DNA from: Candidatus Micrarchaeota archaeon
Lineage (GTDB): Archaea > Micrarchaeota > Micrarchaeia > Micrarchaeales > CABMGC01
Assembly (NCBI GenBank): GCA_021817325.1
Contig: JAKAVK010000007.1
Coordinates: forward strand, 116-64,115
Reading direction: 5' to 3'
DNA length: 64,000 nt
Positions within the stretch are counted from its first letter, which is position 1, and every line of letters begins with the position of its first letter. Below the pieces are notes generated by a model. The model was not told the origin of the DNA. It did no database searches and saw only the letters and a list, made by a program, of their open reading frames with translations. Shown in pieces: positions 19,507 through 27,156 of the stretch. The position numbers and the translations under genes are program-made.

Positions 19507-19833
19507 ATGGAATTAAGCATAAAGAACGACAGGGAGAACAAGCTGCTTGAGAGAAGGGAGATACGCGCCAGCGCAGTATACGATGGAAAGACACCCACCC
19601 GCGAAGAGATAAAGGAGTCAATATCAAAGAAGCTCAGCCTCAACCCCGAGCTGGTTGAGATAGTCAAGATAGACCAGATATACGGGCTGAAGTCGAGCGC
19701 AGTAACCGCCTACTGCTATACAAGCAAGGAGGCCCTGGAGCGGTACAAGAGGAAGAGGGGCGCCAAGAAGGAGGCAAAGCCCGCTGCTGCGCAGCCCAGC
19801 ACCGCAGAGAAGAAGGAGAACAAGAAGCAATAA
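19507..19833 (+). CDS. rps24e: 30S ribosomal protein S24e
   Basis: EN.LL.RRE and .TP.R.E motifs; adjacent to rps27ae. Confidence 0.92.
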   Translation: MELSIKNDRENKLLERREIRASAVYDGKTPTREEIKESISKKLSLNPELVEIVKIDQIYGLKSSAVTAYCYTSKEALERYKRKRGAKKEAKPAAAQPSTAEKKENKKQ

Positions 19834-19854
19834 TATTAATAGAGGTCGATTTGA

Positions 19855-20004
19855 ATGGCAGATAAGCCCGCTGAGAAGAAGAAGGTTGCCGCTTACAAGC
19901 CAGTGTCCAAGTTCTGCATAAAGTGCGGGGCAAGGATGGCTGACCACAAGGACAGGTACGCCTGCGGAAAGTGCGGATACACGGAATGGAAGCCGGGCAA
20001 GTAG
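19855..20004 (+). CDS. rps27ae: 30S ribosomal protein S27ae (49 aa, not in the ORF track)
   Basis: Manual translation [49 protein letters not shown]; conserved synteny after rps24e. Confidence 0.95.
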   Translation: MADKPAEKKKVAAYKPVSKFCIKCGARMADHKDRYACGKCGYTEWKPGK

Positions 20005-20019
20005 GAGGGGCGAATTGCT

Positions 20020-20703
20020 TTGCCTGCGGCTGCTCCTGTGAGGAATGACCTGTTCCTAGACGCACTCAGCGTCTCTGTATTCTTCGCGATAATGCTGCTC
20101 GTGAACCTGCTCCTGGCAGCCGCGCCGCTTGTGCTCTATCTCCTAAAAAACATAAGTTACAATACATTCTATTTCATACTCAATTCCACCCTCTCGCTCT
20201 CTTTCATGCTGACCGTGCTCCTCTATCTCAAGCTGTACAGGAAGGTCGCGCTGCGCAGGATACCGCAGGTGCTCGGCCTGTCAAGAAGCTCAATTTCGCT
20301 GAGGCTTATAGTAGTCGGAGCGCTCCTCTTCTTCGTAGTCATCGCGCTTTCTGAGATAACAACGGTGTACAACTCCGTTTCAGGCGCACGCATAAGCAGC
20401 AACGTCGGCATAGTCTTCGGCTCCGCTCCCATCTGGGCCTACCTCTTCTCCTCATTCATCGCCCCGATAGACGAGGAGGTGCTCTTCAGGGCATTCCTTG
20501 TACCAAGGCTCGGCGTATTCATAAGCGCAGCTATCTTTGCAGTAGCGCACTACGGCTACAACTCAATCATAGAGGTGGTAGCCGCATTCATATTCGGAAT
20601 CATTGCAGGGTACATATTCAGGAACAGCAAGTCCCTCTATCCAAGCATCATAGCGCATGTGCTTGTGAACGCAACCACTCTGCTGCTCCCGCTGCTGTTG
20701 TGA
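20020..20703 (+). CDS. CPBP (CAAX/Abi) family intramembrane metalloprotease
   Basis: EEVLFR, FAVAH and AHVLVN motifs with multiple TM segments. Confidence 0.9.
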   Translation: MPAAAPVRNDLFLDALSVSVFFAIMLLVNLLLAAAPLVLYLLKNISYNTFYFILNSTLSLSFMLTVLLYLKLYRKVALRRIPQVLGLSRSSISLRLIVVGALLFFVVIALSEITTVYNSVSGARISSNVGIVFGSAPIWAYLFSSFIAPIDEEVLFRAFLVPRLGVFISAAIFAVAHYGYNSIIEVVAAFIFGIIAGYIFRNSKSLYPSIIAHVLVNATTLLLPLLL

Positions 20704-20707
20704 GGCA

Positions 20708-21397
20708 ATGAAGCTCAAGGTCATAGTCGTAGAGCCCAAGTATCAGATAAACATAGGCTATATTGCCAGGGTCTCAATGAATTTCGGCGTCAAGCGGCTC
20801 TTCTTTGTCAGGCCAAGGGCGAAGCTGACCGGTGCAAAGGCGATAATGTACTCAAAGCATGCAAGTAGGCTGCTTGAGCATGCAAAGGTATACAGAAGCT
20901 TCGTAGACGCCATCAAAGACTGCGACATAGTCATAGGAACCACAGGCCTTAAGAGCAGGTCGAAGGCGAGCTTCAAGCGCATCTTCCTGATAGAGCAGGC
21001 CGCAAAGCGTGCAGCCGCCATGGGGAAGAGGAGATCCACCGTTGGCCTGCTGCTTGGCAGGGACGACACCGGCCTCACCGCAACGGAGATGGAGAAGTGC
21101 GACATGCTCGCCTACATAGGTACTGACCAGGGCTATCCTGTGCTCAACATCTCCCATGCTCTTGCGATAATGCTCTATGTAATGAAGAGGGAAGAATTCT
21201 CTGACATAAGCGAGGTGCAGGGGAGCAGGCCTGAGAGGAGGGAACAGGAGTACCTGTTCAGCCTCTTCGATGAGATGGTGGAAGGGAAGGGGAACATAAG
21301 GAACAAGAAGGCGGTCAGTAGCATCTTCAGGAGGATAATACAGAACTCACAGCCTAGCAGCCAGGAGCTGCATGCGCTCATAACCGCCTTAAAGTGA
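20708..21397 (+). CDS. trmJ: SPOUT tRNA methyltransferase, TrmJ family
   Basis: VEP....NIG..AR...NFG, G.D..GL and YPVLN.SHA motifs. Confidence 0.9.
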   Translation: MKLKVIVVEPKYQINIGYIARVSMNFGVKRLFFVRPRAKLTGAKAIMYSKHASRLLEHAKVYRSFVDAIKDCDIVIGTTGLKSRSKASFKRIFLIEQAAKRAAAMGKRRSTVGLLLGRDDTGLTATEMEKCDMLAYIGTDQGYPVLNISHALAIMLYVMKREEFSDISEVQGSRPERREQEYLFSLFDEMVEGKGNIRNKKAVSSIFRRIIQNSQPSSQELHALITALK

Positions 21398-21698
21398 CCG
21401 TGAGCAGTGAGCATGCCAGAGGTCGGCTCATCACAAGTCACCTGCACGATGCTGTAGCCTGCAACTCCCTGCCCGCCTTGGCGGGCATTTATCCTAGGCG
21501 TCACCGGCTTGCTATTCGGGAATGACGTTATCCCCAATGGAGACGTGCCCTATTCCGGGGTCTTTAAATTTGGCCACGAGCATGAAGCGCCATGCCAATC
21601 AATCACCGTTTCTCAAAACAGATAGCGCAGCAGGGCATGGCTAACCCTAACTGAATCAATAAGGTGCAGATAGCTGCACCGCAAAAATAAGTAACTGA
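21398..21698. ncRNA. Candidate structured non-coding RNA (unassigned)
   Basis: 301-nt gap between convergent genes with several hairpins and complementary ends; no convincing ORF. Confidence 0.4.
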
Positions 21699-22076
21699 TT
21701 ACTTGCCCTGCTTCTTTCTCTTGACTATCTTTACCTTTGAAGGCGTGACAAGCACCCTGTTTGCATCGATCTGACCTATGTCGCCGTTGATCTTCTCAAC
21801 GTATCTCTTAAGTTCGGCAACGACATTGCTCCTTGTAGTCGGCCTCTTGTTCAGCTCTGCCATGTCAAGCAGCAGGATGTTCTTCTTTGCCAGTTCATCC
21901 TCAACAGGCTTGATGTCATCCTCGCTCACTATGGAGACAGGCTTGACGTACATATCAGCAGGCTCGTGGAGCAAGTCCACGTCCTCCATCTCAACGGAGT
22001 TCATGTAGTCCTCTACACTTATCTCCTTTTCACCACCAGAACCAAAAGCTTGACCAAGCTTACCGAAAACTCCCAT
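21699..22076 (-). CDS. sepF: Archaeal cell division protein SepF
   Basis: YVKP..I, NI.LLD, I.GDI and VLVTP..VKI motifs of archaeal SepF; ATG 22076 preferred. Confidence 0.88.
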   Translation of the reverse strand: MGVFGKLGQAFGSGGEKEISVEDYMNSVEMEDVDLLHEPADMYVKPVSIVSEDDIKPVEDELAKKNILLLDMAELNKRPTTRSNVVAELKRYVEKINGDIGQIDANRVLVTPSKVKIVKRKKQGK

Positions 22077-22193
22077 GTTTTTCACCAATCGCCTTTTATA
22101 CCTAAATGTCACTAGACATATTAAATGGTTGTTTTTATAATACTTTCTATCGGCAAGTTTTATATCTCTTAACGAATAAACATCGGTAGTTTC

Positions 22194-23213
22194 ATGGGAT
22201 TGATAAACTCTCTTCTGACAATATTCATACTAATAATAGTGGTGGTCCTGCTCTACCCATACATTTTGCAGGCGCTGAGCTCGCTGCCCAGCGCGAACCA
22301 GTCTGGCCTCCAGCTTACCAACTACGCGCAGCCTCCAACCTACGCTCCAAGCAACGCCACTGTCGCGTACGCCCTGCAGCTCATAAACAATGACAGGAAT
22401 GCGTTCGGCGTGGCAAATGTGACCGTATCCAACATAACCTCAGCCCAGCAGCACGCAGACAGCATGCTCAGGTATGGCTACTTCAGCCACTGGGATATCT
22501 ACGGGATGAAGCCGTACATGCGCTATACGCTGGTCGGCGGCAGAGGCGCAGTCGATGAGAACATAGGCTACGTCTACAGGAGCAACGGCATAAACGTGAC
22601 GCAGACACTGCAGCAGATAGAGCACAACTTCGTATACAACGATGCGAAGTGCTGCAACAACGGTCATCGCGACAACATACTCGACCCGATGCACACGCAG
22701 GTGAGCATAGGCATAGCGTACAATGCAACCACTCTCTACTTCGTGGAGGACTTCATCAACAACTACATAAACTGGCAGTCGGGCACACCAGCCGTCACCC
22801 AGAACGCAGACGTCTCCCTGAGCGGTGTGCTTGCGCCTGGCTACAACATCTCATCTGTAGAGATTGTTTACGACACTCCGGTGCGCAATCTCACAACGGC
22901 ACAACTGGCACGCTCTCCGTATAACAGCTCCTACTCATTTGGCCAGACTGTCGGAGGGGTCGGCTACAGTCAGAATGGCCGCGTATTCTACTACCAGAAC
23001 CTGACAACGATAAACGCGACAGTGTACTCGATCCAGGCAAACCGTTTCGACATACGCTTCGGCCTATCCGGGCTCATACACACGTACGGGGCCGGGGAGT
23101 ACACCGTAGTAGTATGGCTGGCAGGCTCTTCAAAGTCAAGCAGCTTCGTAGGATCAACATACACTGTCTTTGTGAATGGCAACGGGCAGGCATATGTCCC
23201 GTCCAGCGTATGA
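22194..23213 (+). CDS. Membrane-anchored secreted CAP (SCP) domain protein
   Basis: N-terminal TM, LIN..R, AQ.HA..M...YFSH, ENI and GHR.NIL motifs; many N-x-S/T sequons. Confidence 0.88.
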   Translation: MGLINSLLTIFILIIVVVLLYPYILQALSSLPSANQSGLQLTNYAQPPTYAPSNATVAYALQLINNDRNAFGVANVTVSNITSAQQHADSMLRYGYFSHWDIYGMKPYMRYTLVGGRGAVDENIGYVYRSNGINVTQTLQQIEHNFVYNDAKCCNNGHRDNILDPMHTQVSIGIAYNATTLYFVEDFINNYINWQSGTPAVTQNADVSLSGVLAPGYNISSVEIVYDTPVRNLTTAQLARSPYNSSYSFGQTVGGVGYSQNGRVFYYQNLTTINATVYSIQANRFDIRFGLSGLIHTYGAGEYTVVVWLAGSSKSSSFVGSTYTVFVNGNGQAYVPSSV

Positions 23214-23241
23214 TCCGACGCACCGCGCAGCCGCTGCAGGC

Positions 23242-25356
23242 TCACTTCACCTGGTCCAATATCCTGCCTGCAATCTCCTTGCCAAAGAGCGTCTCCACCT
23301 TCGCCGCGCAGTCCTCCCTCCTGAGGTCGGCAACGCTCCTTATGCCATTGTCGTACATCAGCCTTGCCCTTACGCGTCCGACCTGCTCAAGGCGCACTAG
23401 GTCTGCCAGCTCCTTCTTTATCCCGTATTTGAGCCTGACCCTGAGCTCAAGTAGCCTTGCGGTGCTCACCCTGATAAGCTTTCCAAGCTCGGTGCTCGAG
23501 TAGAGCAGCCAGTCTGCATTGGTTATCTTGGCGAAGAGCGCCCCTGGCGTGGTCGAGTAGTCCTTGGTTATCTCGCGCTCCCCCTTCTCCTCTATCCAGT
23601 CGTTTAGCATCATGGCTGTGGACATCGGCTTGAGGGGATCGTAGTACATGAGGTCCTGCGATTCATAGTTTACGTCACTGTTTGCCAGTAGGTACTGGTA
23701 GCGCATGAAAGCGACCCCTGCCTCCTTAGCTGCCCTCACATACGGCCTCATCTCTATTGTATTGCATATCACGAAGAGGTTTCCAAGCTCATCGCGCTCC
23801 CTGTGCAGCGAGTCTATTATCCACTTGGCTGAGAGCGGGTCGATGTAGAGTTCGCTCACCCTCCGGCCTATCCTGGTTGCATCGTAGACGCTGCCCTTCC
23901 TCTCAACAAAACCCCACTGCGCCAGCTCGTCAAGCACCTCTGCAGTTATGCCCTTCAACTCTCCTATGTTGGAGTACTGGTATCCGTAGAGCGTCTCGCT
24001 CATGAAGTTGTTGATCGATTCCTCAGTCGTAAGGAAGCGCGTCGATATGAACGCGAGCACATGGGTCCTGAGCACCGGCATGACGCCCAGCTTCGATTCT
24101 ACGGGTTCGAGCTCCCCGTTCATGTATCTGTTGTACAGTTCGCCTATCTCGCTCTTAGACCTGGCGATGAGCAGCGCCCTGCCCTCCTTATCGTACTTTG
24201 GCCTTCCGGCTCTTCCAAAGAGCTGTGTTACCTCATTTACGCTGAGACGCTCCGAACCCTCCCCCTGCCTGTACCTGCTGGTGTCCCTGACGAGCACAGT
24301 ATGCGCGGGAAGGTTTACGCCCAGTCCCAGCGTCGTAGTAGAGCATATTGCCTTAAGGTACCCCCTCCTGAAAGCCTCCTCAACAGCATGCCTCTGTGCA
24401 TTCACAAGGCCGCTGTGGTGAAATGCTGTTCCCTTCTCAACAAGCCTCGCCAGCTTCTCGCACTGCGACGTGGGCTTTCCAAGCGCGCCGAGTATCGCCG
24501 CGCTAGCCTCCTGCAGCCCTATTCTTTCCTCGGCGGTCAGGTACCTTTCCACGCTTGCGCTAAGCCTCTCAGCGCCTGCCTCGGTGTTCTTCTTCGTGCT
24601 GTAGAAGACCAGTATCTGCTTCTTCCTCTCAAGCGTGTCCTCCGCAATCCTTATCTCAGGTATCTTGCTGCTGCCGTGCAGCTCCTCTTCCTCCTGCTCA
24701 TAGTGTGCGGTGCCGTCGAATGCAATCCCCTTCTTCAGCTGCACCGGCCTATAGTCGCTCTCGACAAGTACCGCGCCAAGCCACTGGGCGATCTCCTTCG
24801 CGTTTCCTACTGTCGCGCTCAGCGCGACTATCTGCGCGTTCTTGCACATCCTCTTGAGCCTCGTGATCAGTATCTCAAGAGTGGGTCCCCTTCCGTTGTC
24901 GTCCAGCATGTGCACCTCATCAAAGATTATGCATCCGACGTCATCCAGCCAGCCAACGCCATGCCTTATCAGGCTGTCCAACTTCTCCGTGGAGGCCAGT
25001 ATTATGTCGTATCCTGCCAGCCAGTCGTCGAGGGAATCGAGCTCCCCTATCGACATCGCTACCTTCAGATAAGGGTAGGTGCCCTTGAAGTCTGTGTGCT
25101 TCTCGCTGACAAGCGCGCGCATAGGAGCTACGTAAACCGCCTTCTTCCTGTCCCACAGCACGCTCTTTATCATCGGCATCTCAGCAATCAGTGTCTTGCC
25201 GCTGGCGGTTGGCGCCGCTATGACAAAATTCTTTCCAGAGAGCAGACCCTCCTTCACGGCAAGCTCCTGCGGCGGCGTCAGCGTACTTATATTGCGCGAA
25301 CTTATCGATTCGATAGCCTCCTTTGGCAATTTTCCGTCTAGGTCGCCGATTTCCAC
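23242..25356 (-). CDS. hel308: Ski2-like DNA helicase Hel308 (Hjm)
   Basis: APTASGKT, DEVH, SAT, FHHSGL, Q..GRAGRP, LYIDP and GRVRAR motifs. Confidence 0.95.
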   Translation of the reverse strand: MEIGDLDGKLPKEAIESISSRNISTLTPPQELAVKEGLLSGKNFVIAAPTASGKTLIAEMPMIKSVLWDRKKAVYVAPMRALVSEKHTDFKGTYPYLKVAMSIGELDSLDDWLAGYDIILASTEKLDSLIRHGVGWLDDVGCIIFDEVHMLDDNGRGPTLEILITRLKRMCKNAQIVALSATVGNAKEIAQWLGAVLVESDYRPVQLKKGIAFDGTAHYEQEEEELHGSSKIPEIRIAEDTLERKKQILVFYSTKKNTEAGAERLSASVERYLTAEERIGLQEASAAILGALGKPTSQCEKLARLVEKGTAFHHSGLVNAQRHAVEEAFRRGYLKAICSTTTLGLGVNLPAHTVLVRDTSRYRQGEGSERLSVNEVTQLFGRAGRPKYDKEGRALLIARSKSEIGELYNRYMNGELEPVESKLGVMPVLRTHVLAFISTRFLTTEESINNFMSETLYGYQYSNIGELKGITAEVLDELAQWGFVERKGSVYDATRIGRRVSELYIDPLSAKWIIDSLHRERDELGNLFVICNTIEMRPYVRAAKEAGVAFMRYQYLLANSDVNYESQDLMYYDPLKPMSTAMMLNDWIEEKGEREITKDYSTTPGALFAKITNADWLLYSSTELGKLIRVSTARLLELRVRLKYGIKKELADLVRLEQVGRVRARLMYDNGIRSVADLRREDCAAKVETLFGKEIAGRILDQVK

Positions 25357-25551
25357 AGAACCATCGCAAGCAAATCTTTACGTCGTAAAATTAATCGCAT
25401 TTACTATCGCCGTAAATGATCAACTATATCTGTGGTCAATCTTATATTAATGAATAAGCATCAAAAACATATATTTAAATAGTAATCCTTACAGTAATAA
25501 TTTAAAATTTAAGTAAAGGCGAAAAAGCAATACCAAAGGGAAAGAACCAAG

Positions 25552-26010
25552 ATGGGAGACCTTTCGAAACAGAAGAGCGTAGTCCAGCAATTGGGCCGCT
25601 TACCAAAGGAACAAGGGCCAGTTGTCATTCCGGGGGGAATCGCGGATGACGCTGAGAGTAGGATCATAGGGATGCATGTTTTTGGTAATCTTTACGACCT
25701 AGATCCGAAGGTAATCAACGACAAGGAGTTGTTGACGAAGACAGTCCTCGACGCAATAAAGATAGCGAACATGACACTGGTTGAGCACAGGTCATGGGGA
25801 TTCGGCGGCAAGAAGGGAGGCATATCCGTCATGGCCCTGATAACCGAGAGCCATGTGGTGCTCCACACCTGGAACGAGTACAGGTATGCCACCCTGGACA
25901 TATACACATGCGGGACCACGTCAAACCCAAATGCGGCGTTCGATCACATCGTTTCAGTATTGAAGCCCAAGAGACACAAGAAGTATTTTGCCGACAGATC
26001 GAGCAACTGA
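25552..26010 (+). CDS. Pyruvoyl AdoMetDC-family decarboxylase proenzyme, probably the crenarchaeal-type arginine decarboxylase
   Basis: E-SH autocleavage site, HTW.E and D.YTCG; HVFGNLYD and W.FGGKKGG segments recall Sulfolobus ArgDC. Confidence 0.9.
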   Translation: MGDLSKQKSVVQQLGRLPKEQGPVVIPGGIADDAESRIIGMHVFGNLYDLDPKVINDKELLTKTVLDAIKIANMTLVEHRSWGFGGKKGGISVMALITESHVVLHTWNEYRYATLDIYTCGTTSNPNAAFDHIVSVLKPKRHKKYFADRSSN

Positions 26011-26108
26011 GCATTGCGCTGCCAGGAATATACAACTGCTTAGCGCAAGCGCTGCGGCGCAATGGCCGCCGTGTCCTCAATGCGCTACTCTGCCCTGGCA
26101 TATTATGG

Positions 26109-27125
26109 TCAGTGCAGGATAGTCTGGTTGCAGCCTGCAGGTTCTGCTATCTGGCCGCTTATTATCAGCTTTAGGTAGCCCAGGTATGGCACGCTGGCAA
26201 CTCTGTATCCTACAATGCTGCTTTGGCTTGGCGGATAATTGGCAAACTGCATGTCCAATCCCTGGTTATTGTCCCCCTTAGTGAGCAGGTAGTATGTTCC
26301 GCCTGCGTCTATCGCTGCTACCACCCTGTGTATTATGTCACCGCTGAACGTGTCCTCCGCATTTGTCCTGTAGATAATTATCGGATTGGAGTAGCTCTCA
26401 TTGATTGAGACATTTGCTATCTGTATTGCGGTAGTGTACACTATTCCGTACTCGCTGCCATCCACTGCGACGTTGCCCGTGGTATAACTATACCTTATGA
26501 GGTTGCTCTGCTGCGTGGCGTTATTCACCATACAGTGGCCGTAGTTGTACGGTTGGTCTGCATAAGAGTACTCGATTATGCACTTGGTGTTGTAAAGGCC
26601 TACCGAGTAAGCCACATTGTGCGGTATTACTCCGTTGGGGAGTATCTGCGCCGGGTCGTTGTTCACGTATGGATAATACGCAAGGAACTCGTTGTGCATG
26701 TTGCTGAGCATCGAGCTGTAGGCGGCTGCACTCACGTTGACTATAGGCACATTGTTGGTTCTTAGGAACGAGGACATGTTTGGTATGCCATGCAGCAGCA
26801 CCACATCGCCCCTCTGCAGCTGCGGCAGCATGCTGCAGCTGGTAACCACGTCGAGCGGCGCCGTTGTCTGCATCGCCACTGCAAGCACCACCCAGAACAC
26901 CGCCACCACCGCAAGTGCTATGCCTACGTCAATTAGGCTCTTCTTCCATCCCTCATTCCTTATACTGTCCCTTAACTCGATGTACAGGATGGCTATTATT
27001 GCAAAGAAGACTAGCAGCCCTATTGCTATGTTATTTGTTACTGCGTAAAGGACCACCGAAATTACAAGCAGGGGATATAGGATCAACAGGAGTCTCTCTG
27101 GTTTCCTCTTCCTTCTAGATGTCAA
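26109..27125 (-). CDS. Signal peptidase I (S26B, Ser-His type) with a large insertion
   Basis: VVTSCSM.P....GD, IIHRV, TKGDNN and VPYLGY motifs; N-terminal TMs. Confidence 0.88.
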   Translation of the reverse strand: MTSRRKRKPERLLLILYPLLVISVVLYAVTNNIAIGLLVFFAIIAILYIELRDSIRNEGWKKSLIDVGIALAVVAVFWVVLAVAMQTTAPLDVVTSCSMLPQLQRGDVVLLHGIPNMSSFLRTNNVPIVNVSAAAYSSMLSNMHNEFLAYYPYVNNDPAQILPNGVIPHNVAYSVGLYNTKCIIEYSYADQPYNYGHCMVNNATQQSNLIRYSYTTGNVAVDGSEYGIVYTTAIQIANVSINESYSNPIIIYRTNAEDTFSGDIIHRVVAAIDAGGTYYLLTKGDNNQGLDMQFANYPPSQSSIVGYRVASVPYLGYLKLIISGQIAEPAGCNQTILH

Positions 27126-27156
27126 TAATACACCACTAAACTATTGCCAGCGAATG

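Noticed and set aside
21398-21698. Calling the region SRP RNA, RNase P RNA or 5S rRNA
   Set aside because: The SRP helix-8 (CAGG...GNRA...AGCA), RNase P CR-I/CR-V and 5S motifs are not clearly present on either strand, so it is left unassigned.
24061-25341. 426-aa + strand ORF and other long antisense ORFs (for example 11211..12023, 13784..14572, 17657..18604, 29231..30097, 35009..35944, 37726..38775)
   Set aside because: These are shadows of better-supported genes on the opposite strand, with no motifs of their own.
25357-25551. Possible replication origin
   Set aside because: AT-rich, but there are no ORB repeats and no adjacent orc1/cdc6.
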